Shown: positions 13,061 through 25,799 of the stretch, piece by piece
Numbering within the stretch: position 1 is the first letter of the stretch
How the letters are laid out: each line of letters starts with the position of its first letter
DNA from: Isurus oxyrinchus
Taxonomy: Eukaryota
Reading direction: 5' to 3'
Assembly: GCA_026770705.1 (NCBI GenBank)
Contig: JANJGN010000042.1
Span: 3,720,001-3,784,000 of the forward strand
Length of the DNA stretch: 64,000 nt
Notes under the pieces: model-generated
Told to the model about the DNA's origin: nothing
Seen by the model: the letters and a program-made list of their open reading frames with translations, nothing else
The model's database searches: none
Program-made: the position numbers and the translations under genes

Positions 13061-13479
13061 CTTGTTACAGGTTAGAATCACAAAATACTGTTCATTGTCG
13101 CTATAAACATATAATACTGCTGAAAAAGACCAGTCCAGAGTGGTAGATATTGCGCACAACTGGACCTGCACACACTGAATGTAACCGTACTGAAGTAGCA
13201 ATGTGCACTCTAAACCTAACTACGATGATTTTAAGGTGGTCTCATTGCTTGCAATACTGATGAATTGGGATTGTTAACATTGAATCTAATGAGTTTGAAC
13301 TGGAGTAGCCCACGCCGGCAGTAACTGTGTATAACTGAACCAGTCCCCTTTGAAAATCGGTGTCGAGAAATGACATTTGCACATTGAGAATTACTGTGCA
13401 GACCTGAGTCATTTCACACTCATTATAGACCAGCAGGCCCCGTCTTTGTGGAAAACAATCATACATAAATTGAGCATTT

Positions 13480-15840
13480 CACACTTGAATGAAACCATGT
13501 CGATGAAATCAGTGCGAGAGTGAGAGAGGGATATTGGCTCAGAAAATCTAGATGTAGATGCAACCTGGGTGGAGCTAAGAAGCAACAATGAGTGGAAAAG
13601 ATCACTTATCTTTAGACATCCAGACAGCAGTGTCGACATAGGGGACGGCATAAAACAGGAACTTGGACTTGCATGTAACAAGGGTGCTACAGAAATCATG
13701 AGTGACTTTTAACTACATTTTGAGTGTGCAAACCAAATTAGCAATAATAAAATTGCGAATGGATTCCTGTAGTGTGTACGAAATGTTTTTTTCCGGACTC
13801 GTATGTCGAGGAACGGACTGGGGATCAGGCTAACCTAGATTTGGTATAGTGAAATGAGATGCATTAAATTAATAATCTTGTTGTGTGGGGTCTTTTGGGG
13901 AACATTGACCATAACATGATAGAATTCTTCATTGGAATGGAAAGTGAAGTAGTCTGGTCTGAAACGAGGGTGCTAAATCTTACAAAGGAATCGACAAATT
14001 TAGGAGATTTGAGTTGGCTAAGATCGATTGGAGTACTTTATTAAAAGGAAAGATGGTGTGTAGACAAAGTCCAATGATTAAGGAACGAGTACATACATTT
14101 CAAATGTTATACTTTCTTTTCTGGCCCAAAAGAGCAAGACAGTAAAAGCGGCCCAACCATGGGTAAAAAAAATAAATTAAGGATAGCTTTAGATCCAAAG
14201 AGGAGTCGTATGAAGTTGCTAGAAAATTTAACAAGCCTAACGATTGGGGACAGTTTAGAACTCAGCAAAGGACGACCAAGAATTCGAATAAGGGGGGAAA
14301 ATATTGGATGAGGATAAATTTGCAAATAACATAAAAACTGTCATTAACAGCATCTATAAATATTTTTAAAAAAACCTTACAGTCTGAAACGGGAGACTTT
14401 ATAACAGAACAATTACTTTTGCTCGGTCTTCACGTAGGGAGACATAAATAGCTTCACAGAAATACGATGGAATCTCGGGTCCATTGAGAAGCAAGAATTC
14501 AACGAAATTAATGTTACTAACACAATTGTGCTGGAGAAATTAATCGGACTGGAAGCCAATCAATCCGCATGCCTGATAATATACGTCTTGGGGTACTAAA
14601 GGAGGTGGCCATGTAAATAGTGAGTGTAGTGGTTGTCATCTTCCAAAATTATGTAGATTCTGCAACAGTCCCTGCAGATTGCAGGGTGTTAAATATAACC
14701 CCGCTATTTTGAAAAGGAGTGAGGGAGAAAACAACGAATTGCAGACCTGTTAGCCGAACTTCAATAGTAGGGAAAATGCTAGAGTCTATTGTAGAGTATG
14801 TGATAACAGGACTCTTTAAACTTATCAATGGGTTGAGACAAAGCTAACATGTATCTATCAAAGGAAATCATGTTTAACAAACCTACTGGAGTTTTAAAGG
14901 ACGTAATCTGCAAAAAGGATAAGGGAGAACCAATGGCTGTGCTGTAGTTGGATTATCAGAAAGCCTTTGACAAAGACCCAAAGTTAGCGTGTAAAATTAA
15001 AGACAGGAAAGAAAGCAGGAATAATTCGGTCTTCTTTGGAGGGGCAGGCAGTGACGAGTGGACTAACAGGGATCAATGCNNNNNNNNNNNNNNNNNNNNN
15101 NNNNNNNNNNNNNNNNNNNNNNNNNNNNNNNNNNNNNNNNNNNNNNNNNNNNNNNNNNNNNNNNNNNNNNNNNNNNNNNNNNNNNNNNNNNNNNNNNNNN
15201 NNNNNNNNNNNNNNNNNNNNNCGAGAGGATTTGAGTGCAGGAGCAACGATGTCTTACTGCAGCTGTGCATGGTCATTGTGAGATCACACCTGGAGTAGTG
15301 TTTGCAGTTCTGGTCCCCTTACCTAAGAAAGGATATACCTACCGTAAAGGGAGTTCAGCCAAGGTTCATCAGGCTGTTTTCTGGCCTGGCAGAATTATAG
15401 TATGAGGAGAGCTTGGGCCGGCTAGGCCTTTATTCATTGGAGAACAGAAGAATGAGAGGCGATCGCATTGAAACATATGAAACTCTGACAGGAATGTACA
15501 GACTGGATGCGGGGATGATAATTCCTCTGGCTCGGGCGTCTAGAACAAGGGGTCACAGACTCAGGATACGGGTTAGACCATTTAGGACTGAGATGAGGAG
15601 AAACGTCTTCAATCAGAAGGTGGCGAGCATTTGGAATTCTCTAGCACAGAAGGCTTTGGAGGTCAAGTCACTGGATATATTTAAGAAGTAAATAAGTAGA
15701 CCACTAGCCTTCAAACGCATCAAGGGGTGTGGGGAGAGAGCCGGTCTAAGGCGTTCAGATAGAGGATCAGCCATCATCAAACTGAATGGCGGAGCAAGCT
15801 CGAAGGGCTCGAACAAGTAATCATACTCCTATTTTCAATA
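13480..15840 (+). mobile_element. CR1-type LINE (HER1-like), long decayed copy spanning the assembly gap
   Basis: Endonuclease remnant (IMSDF.LHFECANQI ~13695), RT remnants (NCRPVSRTSIVGKMLES ~14735, LDYQKAFDK 14948), C-terminal LGLYSLENRRMRGDRIETYE...FRTEMRRNVFNQKV (15413-15691) and 3' UTR. Confidence 0.9.
15080..15221. other. Assembly gap (142 N)
   Basis: Run of n characters inside the CR1 copy. Confidence 1.
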
Positions 15841-16788
15841 TTTTGGTGGACATTTTTTTCCAGACACTGAAAGTAAGCATGAGGAATTAACTACCTGCAC
15901 AAGGTTTGTAACACTGCTTCACATGTGCACATTGAAGATAGCAGTTAAAATGGGGCCTGTCCATATTCAATGCAAGATGACTGAACTGGGCCTTTGCAGA
16001 CTTAGTGCAGCCGTGCATAATCTCGCCTGGCGCCACGGAAAGCAATTTACGGGAAATGGATGTGCACACTTACCCTTCCTTATCCGTCATGAATGAATGT
16101 AACGTGGCAGAAATGGAGCCTCGACACATCACATAACCATTCCGAACTGGAGCGGTCCACATTAACTAGAATCGTGCTCAACTGGACCTCCGTTTACGGA
16201 GTTTAAGCGTACTCTCTATAATTATGCATAATTAACGCATAAGCGCTTGATTGCATCTGACCAAATAAAACGTAGCCGTTCACAGCTACACAGCTATGCG
16301 CACTCACTAGAGTTGGATTTGACATGTCTGCAATGAACCTAACTGAAGTGGAATAATCCACACTGCAAGAAGCCGTACAGAAGAGGATTTGAGTACTTTA
16401 AAGCTAAAGGTGATGAGTTGAACATTTCCACACCAAATGCAAACAAGCTTATGTGAATGAGACAGAAAATGCTGGAAATACGCAATAGACCATTCAGCAT
16501 CTGTGGAGAGAAAACGGTAAAAGTTCAGATCCATGACTTTACATCGAAGTTGGGGAATAGGGAGCAATGGAAGAATTCTTGTTTTCACTATAGCGGCGGG
16601 AAACGGTTGTGATAAAGGGCAGATGATAAAGAAACATCAATGTAGGTTTGTGTTAATGTGGAAGACAGAAGGGCACTTTGTGAGGATGTTCCGTCAGAAC
16701 AATGTCAGTGACCTTGAAGAGCTTTCTACTCTGTCAAAATAAAAACAATTTCCTGACAGCTGCAGCACGAGCATCTTTGTTTCAATTT

Positions 16789-16850
16789 CAATTATTGCAA
16801 AAGATCAAAGCGTCTAATTGTCTCCCTGGAGGCTGGCCTGACATATATAT
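16789..16850 (+). promoter_or_regulatory. Putative proximal promoter of gene C: homeodomain sites, O/E-like site, TATA
   Basis: CAATTA 16789-16794, TAATTG 16815-16820, TCCCTGGAG 16823-16831, and TATATA within 16841-16850. Collinear with the region upstream of gene A. Confidence 0.55.
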
Positions 16851-16900
16851 GTGACTGTCTTTAGTTGTGGTGCAGAACACACTCGCAGCTGGTGACAGAA

Positions 16901-16970
16901 ATGCATGGATTGCCAAAATGTCTGATTTTCATCATATACTATCCCATCCTTGCAGCGATCAGGATTCCAG
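16901..16970 (+). pseudogene. GPR139-like GPCR exon 1 (gene C)
   Basis: ATG CAT GGA TTG CCA...ATT CCA G|GTTAAG = MHGLPKCLIFIIYYPILAAIRIP. It is 70 nt, with a phase-1 donor matching the acceptor at 18351. Confidence 0.85.
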
Positions 16971-18351
16971 GTTAAGGATTTTGGTTTGCTATGTTATTGA
17001 AATCATTGTTTAATCACTTTTCTTTGGTTTGCTTTCATTTTAGTGAATCGTTGTTCGTATTTAGCAGCTTTGCTTCTGCATGGTACGATATTCTTTCTCC
17101 CATTAAACAGAACAATCTATCAACATTACGCGACATCTTTCCACTTTAACAGCTCGACAATGTCACTTTTTTCCACTTCAAGGGAAATGTTTAATTTAAT
17201 TCTCCATTTTAGCAACAAAATTGTTTTCTTTTACTGACATGATTAGTCGTCATCACATGTCGAGTCGCTCAAGTTTTTCCGTGTCATTTCTTCCCTTGTA
17301 CATAATTTCTCCCCAACGCCAGAATAATAGTTCAGCAGTAACAATGCACTATCTTCCCTGAGCTAGTAATATTTAGTCAGTTTAATTGGACACTTTCATC
17401 TGTTTACCTCCACCGTTCGAGGTTTCAGATGTTATTTTATTTTATGCTTGGTGTTTTTAAAAAAGGTTATGTATAACGCTGTTACCACTGAGGAAATGTT
17501 TTTCTGTTGTGTCAATGGCATTCTCATCGTGTGTGAATTATTACAGAGGAACTGTATCTGTATTATCTCATGCATTTCCCTTTCACCTATCGCTCCGATA
17601 TGAACAGTATTTATCTGATAAATTTGTGCAGAATATTAAATGACTGGCCGAGAGTTTATTGTCTTAGCGGAAACCTGGCACCCTGGGCGGTGAAGACTTC
17701 TCAGGGAGCTGAAGTTGGTCTTGAATCCAGGATCTTTTGACTCCAAAGCTAGACGACTTTCAACTTAGCAGCAATTGAACCTTTAACTGTGTGTGGATTT
17801 CCTCACTGCTGTGAAGGACAGTTGTGTTCGCTGCAGGTCATCATAACTCAGGAGTTGTAGTTACCCTTTATTTCCATCCAAAGGAGTTTTTTTTCCCATT
17901 TTAGCTGTTTTCATTTGCTGGATTATGCCCACAGCAGCATCACTTTGTATTTAATTCCATTCGAAGCCATCTACTGAGTTTCTATCAAATTATTCGGTCG
18001 ATTTAACATTGTGTCCCTTCTGTTTTCCAATGTTCTATCCTGTTCTTCTCTAAACAGCAAGCAAGAGGATACTTGATCGTTTTTCAATGAACTGAGTAAA
18101 AATTCTGCAATTTGAATATTCACTATAGGGCCGAGCCCGCATTCTTCCTGTAAATCAGCACAGTATTGACGATTTGCTGTATTTTGGAATGAGTCTTTTT
18201 TTCTCCATTGGAGCATATAAGTCATAGGACTGAAATGGGAACATTGCTCTCTTTTCATGACCGATGCTGTATTTGTGAGTTTCTCAATATTTTCTGTTCT
18301 ATATTCATTTGTCCCCACCGCAAATTTACTGGTTATATTCCTCTGTCACAG

Positions 18352-19260
18352 CTAATTTGGCAGTAATTGTGATCCTGTCTCGAGGAAGATGCGGTCTCAC
18401 TGGATGTATCACATACTATCTGATGTCGTTGGCCATGACGGATCTCCTGATCATGATACTTGCTGTGATGTTAAACCGGATTGTAGGTACATATTTCCCA
18501 TTTAGTTTCCTTTCCATCACTCTGGCCTTTGCTCTCAGTCTTTTGTTCATATATGGCGTCAAGGATTCTTCTGTCTGGGTGACAGTTGCTTTCACCTTTG
18601 ATTGATTTGTAGCCATTTGTTGCCAGAAGCTGAAAACCAAATATTGCACCAAGAAATCGGCAGCTGTGGTCATAGGAACTGTCTGCGTTGTGCATTGTGC
18701 TAAAAAAAATAACCTTGTACTTTGCTTGTGAACCTTCTGTTATCACAGACAATACACCCTAGTACTGCAAACTAAAGCCAATATATTATTCATCACCCGG
18801 ATGGGTGGTACATGACAGCATAAATGCCGTTTTAACCCCTTGTCTCCTATTTGTTCTTATTTTGCTGCTCAATGTTCTGACGGTCAGGCACATTGTTGTG
18901 GCCAGTCGAGCCCGCAGAAGACTCCGAGCCCACAGCAAGAGTGAGAACCAAAGCGACCCAGAGATGGAGAAGAGGAGAAAGTCCATCGTTTTACTCTTTG
19001 CCATCTCGGGAAGTTTTATCCTGTTATATTTCCTCGCTCTTATAACTTTCCTTTATGCACGAATTGCCAGCGTTAGTTATTTCGATGGCTCGAATTTCAA
19101 TCAATCAAATGTTATACTGGAGGAGTGCAGACTTATGCTGCAGCTTTTAAGTTCCTGCATCAACCTGTTTATTTGTGCAGGTACCCAGAGTAAATTCAGA
19201 GAGGAGTTAAAGAATGGCTTGAACTATCCATTGAGTCTGATTGTTAATTTATTTAAATGA
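18352..19260 (+). pseudogene. GPR139-like GPCR exon 2 (gene C), disrupted
   Basis: CACAG|CT AAT TTG gives ANLAVIVILSRGRCGL...SVWVTVAFTFD* (DRF motif CGA>TGA at 18603-18605). A frameshift follows at the A-run ~18702 and a TAG at ~18760. TM5-TM7 follow (LLNVLTVRHI...RRKSIVLLFAISG...QLLSSCINLFICAGTQSKFREELK) to TGA at 19260. Confidence 0.92.
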
Positions 19261-20234
19261 TGAAAGCAGTGAAATCCAACATGAATTCTACACAATACCG
19301 AACAATTGTTGTTGTTTGTACATGTTCCATATGGCTTCCAGCCGCAGAAAAAGAGTTACCTCCTGCCTGACGTGTGAATTCAGAATAATATAACTAACTC
19401 TGCATTTTTCCAGTTAGTTTTTATTTTTTGTCCCCTTTCCAGAACGGGCCTGGTACATTCCCAACTGCCCCTAAGGTCTCGGGGTGTCTCGATTTTCATG
19501 CAGGAGACAAAGTGTCCGACAAAAATGTATAACTTGGCAACAAAGTTTCACCATTAAATGTAGGAACCTCGCTATCCCTCCTTCCTATGTTTTGGATCTT
19601 GATGGTAGATGGCGCCCTGAAATGGAAAGGAACACTGTCCCCATCCATTGTTCTACATTGAGCAGGCTCCGCTTCACACTTGAACTCGTTTTCCCATAAA
19701 CATGGGAACAGGGAACTGAAGTGTTACAGACACAGATAAAGTAAACATTTTGTTCACCACTTCCATTTGTCAATGGAGGCGAAATCCGCAGGGTCATCAT
19801 ACAGTACAAGTCACATTGGCAACAATCTCCCCTTTTAAATGATTACTAATCGCAACTGGCCAGAACAAATAAAAAATGCCAAATTTAATGGAAACATTAT
19901 CTTCACCATCCACAATGCACTATAAGAGCTTATTGCCATCCTGATACAGAAACAGTAATTAGAATGAAATTGTGGGTTATGCTTCGCAATGACCCCATAT
20001 CCCAATCGTGGGTAAATACTACACACTTACTATTATTTGAACTTTCCCGTGTCGTGACTTACAACCGCACAGAAAGTCTTAAGATTGAGCATTGCTCTCA
20101 GCAGAAAACCCAATCCAAGGCATTCATGCTGTGTACATATTATCACTCGTTATGTCTTCCAGTGATAGTTGAAACAGACCGATTGCCCTACACTTTATAA
20201 GAGCTTTGCAGAAAGAATTATGTAGCCGAAAAAT

Positions 20235-20620
20235 GCACATGTTGTAGAAACTTATGGTCTAGCACTCATCAGGACAATTTGCAAGAGTTGTGCCTATTTC
20301 AACTGATCAAAAGACGGGAGAACCAGTCTCTGGCTCATGCCCTCATGAAATGTCTTGACCAATCAGAGTCAACATACTTGATTTGAATGTAAACAATGGT
20401 TGACAGTTAACTTCCATTCATCAAGTCACTATCGCATTCTCTATTGCAATGCCACAAGTGATCCGTTTTCACTCGCCAATCAATCATCACACTCTTCTTA
20501 TGACGTTAAAAGTGTTGTTCCATTTGACTTTTTTCTTACTCTTGCGAATTGTCCTGATGAGTCCAAGATGAAAAGCTTCGAAAGCATGTGTATTTGATCA
20601 GCACTCTCACATTCTGTTCT
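20235..20620. mobile_element. Penelope-like terminal repeat in inverted (hairpin) arrangement with hammerhead-like motifs
   Basis: TTGTC-CTGATGA-GT..A(T/C)-GAAA-AGCT-TC on + at 20549-20580 and a degenerate inverted copy at ~20245-20285. The same repeat abuts the GIY-YIG fragment at 27780-28210. Confidence 0.65.
20549..20584 (+). ncRNA. Minimal type I hammerhead ribozyme motif (partly degenerate)
   Basis: Stem I TTGTC, core CTGATGA, short stem II GT-CCAAG-AT, GAAA, palindromic AGCT, then UC cleavage site. The 3' arm of stem I is weakened (GAAAG instead of GACAA). Confidence 0.55.
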
Positions 20621-20629
20621 ACCAAACAA

Positions 20630-22030
20630 CGAGTGAGTCTCACGTCAGTGGTCGGGAAACTATTGGAGAAAATTCTGAAGGAAAGAATCTATCTTAACTT
20701 GGAGAGAGAAGGTTTGATACGAAATATTCAGCATGGATTTTTCAGAGGTAGGTCAAGCCAAAAAAATTTTACTGAGTTTTTGAGGAGATGACCAGGTGTG
20801 TAGATGATGGTAGTGCAGTTGATGTAGTTTATATGGATTTCAGAAAAGCCTTTGACAAGGTCCCAAATGGCAGCCTTATAAATAAGGCAAATGTGCATGG
20901 GATACAGGGTAATTTGATAAAATGGATTATAAATTGGCTTAGTTGTAGGAGACAGAGTGTGATGACAGAAGGCTGCTTTAGTGACTGAAAACTCGAGACC
21001 AGTGGTTTACCATAGGGATCTGTGCTGGGTCCCCTATTGTTCGTTATTTATATAAATGACATAGATGACTATGTGAGGAGTATGATTAGTAAGTTTGCGG
21101 ATGACACAAAGATTGGTTGGTTGGTTTACAGTGAGGTTGAGAGTCTTGGGCTGGAGGAAGATATTGGCGTGGTGGTCAAATGGGCAGATAAGTGGCAGAT
21201 GGAATTTAACCCTGGAAAGCGTGAGGTTATACACTTTGGAAGGAGTAATTTGACAAGGAAGTATTCAATGAACAGCATGGCATCAGGAAGATCTGACGAA
21301 CAAAGGGACCTTAGTGCCTGTGTCCATAAGTCTCTGAAGGCAGAGCGGCGTGTTAATGGGGTGGTGAAGAAGGCATTTGGGACACTTGCCTTTATCAGTC
21401 GAGGCACATATTGCAAAAGTAGAGGGGCCATGTTGGAGTTGTACAGAACCTTGGTGAGACCACAGTGGGAGTGCTGTGTGCAGTTTTGATCGCCAAATGA
21501 TAGGAAAGATGTGATTGCGCTAGAAGTGGTGTAGAGGAGGTACACCTGGATGCTGCCTGGGCTGAAACATTTAAGTTATAAAGAGAAGTTGCATAGACTT
21601 GGGTTATTTTCAGCATAGCAGAGAAGACTGAGGGGCGACCAGTTCAAGGTGTACAAGACTGTGAGGCGTATGGACGGGGTGGATAGGGAGCAGCTGTTCC
21701 CCTTAGATGAAGGCTCAGTCACGATGGAACACAAGTTCAAGGTGAGGGGCAGGAGGTTTCGGGAGGATGTGAGGGAAAACCTTTTTTACCCAGGTGTTGG
21801 TGACTGTCTGGAATACACTGCCTGAGAGGGTAATGGAGGCTGGTTGCCTCACATCCTTTATAAAGTGCCTGGATGAATACTTGGCACGTCCTTACATTCA
21901 TGGTTGTGGACCAAGTGCTGGTCAATGGAATTAGTTAGGTAGGTCAGATGTTTCTCACGTGTCAGTGCAGACTCGATGAGCAGAGGGGCCTCTTCTGCAC
22001 TGTGCGAACCTGTGATTCTCTGATTCTGTG
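20630..22030 (+). mobile_element. CR1-type LINE, 5'-truncated RT and 3' UTR
   Basis: VSLTSVVGKLLEKIL...QHGF, VDVVYMDFRKAFDKVP, LGPLLFVIYINDID...KFADDTKIG, LYRTLVRPQ, ending in ctgtgattct repeats. Confidence 0.95.
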
Positions 22031-22059
22031 ACTACATATTCAACTCTCCATGAAGTGAT

Positions 22060-22720
22060 TGTCATGATTATAAACAGCAGAATCAAATCTCTAAATTCGC
22101 TGACCTATCAACAATTAAAGTGAATGAGCAACTCTCTTCTCACCCAAACATTGTTTTAATCATTTGCTTATATGGGTGAATGTACTTGAATTTGAAAGAA
22201 TGGGACAACTGGCAATATGCTTCCTCGCCAATGGTGCAACTGAACGATTTCTTACCTGTGGAAACATTTCAATAAATCTCCAGCTGGGGTGGGCAAACGA
22301 ATCCCTTTCTATGGTCCAGGTATTTCCAAGGTTTGCTTCTGTAGAGTATGTCCTGTCTCTGCCCAGGTTGGGTAATCCGTTGAAACCTAGTCCACAGACA
22401 GAAGTGTTGCAGGGTCTCTCCCCATTGCAAATGCTGCAACTTCAATTGTAATTCTGTGTAAGTGATTACAGATCATTGGATAGCCATTGCATTGGAACAC
22501 TCTCAGTTGGGTGCCTGTTTTCTTGTGCTTCAAGCAACACCGGCCTTTGAAATAAAATTCCACTGATTGTATTGGCAAACATTGATCCTTTTTTTGTTTT
22601 ACTTTCTGTTCTCCATTCCCGGGATCCACTCTCGCTGTTGTCTGAAAGAATTGCTTTTGGATGGTTTTAGTTTTGCATTTACCCAGTAGCCTTTGAGTTC
22701 CCCTCCTGAAGATATTGACT
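22060..22720 (-). pseudogene. C2H2 zinc-finger (tandem ZNF) pseudogene exon
   Basis: Across frameshifts: TQLRVFQCNGYPMICNHLH, GERPCNTSVCGLGFNGLPNL, KPWKYLDHRKGFVCPPQLEIY*NVSTGKKSFSCTIGEEAYCQLSH. These are decayed TGEKP-linked C2H2 fingers. Confidence 0.65.
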
Positions 22721-24139
22721 CAGAGGAAAAGCAAGATACATACAGCTGCTCTAATATTTCCTACAATTCAATTAGCTCATGGGTAATCTATATATAATTT
22801 GCATCTACCCACCTTAGTTTTATTCTCTTTCAATGGTTTTCCTGAAAGTAGTCAATCTATCTAATTTTCGCATGTTTGATTGACTCCGATTGTCTTTGAA
22901 CCTTTAGGAGAAAATGGTCAAGGGGCATGGTAACATAGTAATTATTTTAATGGAATAAAACACGAAATCTATTTTATTGATTCGGGACATAATTTAAGAT
23001 CCCACAGCGATGGCTAAAATAGTTGAGTTAAGTTCTCTAAATACAGCTGAAATTAAGAAGGCAAAGAAAAAGAAAAATGACGCATCACGAATAATCACCA
23101 TGAAAGTATATTCTTATCAAGAAGGAAGAAAATGCGTTCTGTTTCATTAATGCATCTTAGTGGAAGGATTGTGCTTTAGGTCCCCTGCTTAGTGTACATG
23201 TGATTCCCGACACAAAGAGATGTACTTAAGTGTTAACTGTGGTCTGAAATGGTCGAACAAGCCACTATGAAACAAAAAAAAAAGTAACAGTGTGAGGAAC
23301 ACTCGTGATTTTCCTAGGTGCTGGAAGTTACAAAGGTAAAGCCAGCCCAATCGATCCTGCAAAGCCCTCCTCATTCACATATTGGGACATGACAGCTGAT
23401 CCACAAACTAGCCAATGGAAAGTCTGACATTGTCGGACTCGCCGAATCAAACCATTGAGAAAATGTTCCAAACTCTTCCATCACCAGCTCTGATTATGTG
23501 TTGTCACAATGGCATAATAACAAAATGTATAGTAAAATGTGGCACGCTATTTGGCCACAACAGGATGGAACATTTGTCCTCAAAATCCAAAAGGGCAAAA
23601 TGACAATTAAATTTAAACTATGTTCAGATATCTCTTTGAGTTTTGCGAACAGCAATTAGATCTCTTGGCCTTGAAGGAAAAAGCTTTGTAATCCTGAATA
23701 CAACAATATCATTGCAGTAAAAATACTACAATGTGCATTCGTTGGCTAGTAATTATAAAAACGTCTATCTTTCAAATTTGCGCCTACAGTTTTGGAGCCA
23801 ATGTAGTTTTTAACCGCCAGGCATCAGAAAGGATAAGAAGTAAAGCACACAATTTCAGTTATTGACCTGTTACAGCCATCTTCTTAATTGGGATGATCCA
23901 TATAGAAAAGTCGTTTTCAAAGTGGTCATCATATCAGTAGTTGAATGTTGCAATTGTGATCCATCTTTGAAAGTAATAATACCAGGCATCCAGTGTAGTT
24001 ATACTACAGATAGAATCCCATGTGAAAGTGTTTTCATAATTATATGCCAATTTGAATTTTGTCTAGTTAGCAAATCTCATGTGAATTTTGATTGCTTCCT
24101 ATACTAGGCTGTGCTATTAAAATCAGGGATTTGAATTGT

Positions 24140-24500
24140 TTATTTCTTCTTGATGCTTTCACATGTCCTGGATGTCACTAAGCAGGCCATCATTTGTTGC
24201 CCATCCCTAATGCCTTTGTCCTGAGTGGCTTACTTGGCCATTTCAGAGGGCAGTTAAGAGTCAACCACATTGTTGTGGGACTGGAGTCACAAGTAGACCA
24301 GGCTAATTAAGTGAACCAGATGGGATTTTACAGCAAACTGTGATAGTTCCATGGTCACTATTGCTGGGGCTAGTTTCATAATTTATGATTCATTCAACGA
24401 GTTGAAACTCTATCTGCTGACGTGGTTTGATTTGATCCTCTGTCTCTAAAGTATTAGCCTTGACACCTGGATTATTAGCTTTATGACAGTGCGATGGCGC
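24140..24500 (-). mobile_element. tRNA-derived SINE carrying the 3' tail of the second LINE family; other copies ~22920-23250(+), 51750-52130(-), 60750-61110(+)
   Basis: Shared core cagagggcagttaagagtcaaccacattg...ggagtcaca..tagaccag. The tail ATTAGGGATGGGCAACAAATG resembles the LINE end at ~40075-40130. Confidence 0.6.
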
Positions 24501-24779
24501 CACCATCATCCCAATGAAATGGAGAGAAAAAACATACCGGGAAACAGAGAATTTAAGAAATCACACATACAATTGCGCTGCTTTAGGTTACACTGGGGAT
24601 ACGTATCTCCCTTCAGTTTACTATTGTACTTCAACCAACATATTGGTTTAATTTGTCCAATCCAGATATTTGAAGAAAGTTTATTTCAGTTTTAAACTAT
24701 TTTATCGCAATTAACCAATTATAAGGAACAATAATTCATCGAAATAGATTAAATTATTTGAAAAGCAAGTACACAAAAA

Positions 24780-25360
24780 TATATCTGCAGTCTCTTTGTC
24801 TGCAGTGCTTTAGGCAAACTCGCAAAATGGCCACAGCCTTCCCTTTCGGGCCTGAAAATACCTGGGTATATCTCAAGTTATCCTGGAAGACTCAAGTAGC
24901 CCAAAATTGGAACTCCAGGTTAACAAAAAAAATGTTGTCATGATGCAACAGCGACACGAGTGGTACTGTTCACGAATCAGTTGAAGAGAATAGAACAAAC
25001 CAAGTTTCTACTCATCAGGCAATTGAGTAACGCCGTATATGAATTCCAGCACCAGGCAAGTGAGTCAGAGGTCCCAGCGATTGGTTGGTCGAATCAAACA
25101 AAATGTCCCTCCACCCGGTTCATAATATACAGAACAAAGATCCAACTGAAGCAGCCCGCGCTTGTAAAACTTGAATCAAAACTCCAACAATTAGAGACGA
25201 TTCCACGATTGGTCAGCATTCGTTGAGCAGTCTTGAGCGCGCTAATTGCGGCACAGTAGCAAGAACTTCAAGGTGATCCGTCAAGTTGGTCACGTGGCTC
25301 ATTAAAACTTGTCAGGGGCAACATGCATTCATAAACAAGGACTGGATCTCTGCAAGCTAA
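24780..25360 (+). mobile_element. Penelope-like element, GIY-YIG endonuclease region (decayed)
   Basis: VYLKLSWK, QLSNAVYEFQHQ, SQRLVGRIKQNVP, DSTIGQHSLS, KNFKVIRQ, QGLDLCK remnants typical of Penelope GIY-YIG C-termini. Confidence 0.75.
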
Positions 25361-25399
25361 ATTAATTTTCCGAGGTCTTTCAAAATTTGTGTGCAGAAT

Positions 25400-25790
25400 T
25401 AGGCTTCGCTGGCTAGGTTAACATTTATTGCCAATCACTAATTGTCCTTCGGAAGTTGATGGTGAGCCGCGTTCTTGAACCGCTGCAGTCCATGTAGTGT
25501 ACATACAGGTACAGTGCATTTAGGGAGGAAGTTCAAAGATTTAACCTCCATGACAGTGAAGGAACGATGATCTGATTCAAAGTCTGGATGGTGTGTGGCT
25601 TGGAAGAGAACTTGAAGCCGATGGTGTTCTTATTCATTTCCTGTGCTTGATCTTCCAGGCAGTAGAGATCGTAGGTTGGTAAGATGATGTCTAAGAAGCC
25701 TTGGTAAGATCCTGAAATGCATTATGTAGGTTGTTCACAACTGCTGCCTCTTTGCATCGGTGCTGCAGGGACTGAATGTTTGTCGATGGG
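25400..25790 (-). mobile_element. 3' end of the second LINE family
   Basis: catttattgccaatcactaattgtcc...ggtgagccgcgttcttgaaccgctgcagtccatg, the reverse complement of the 40000-40130 tail. Confidence 0.7.
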
Positions 25791-25799
25791 GTGGTAATA

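Noticed and set aside
14948-15298. ORFs containing X runs
   Set aside because: Artefacts of translating through the N gap inside a CR1 element.
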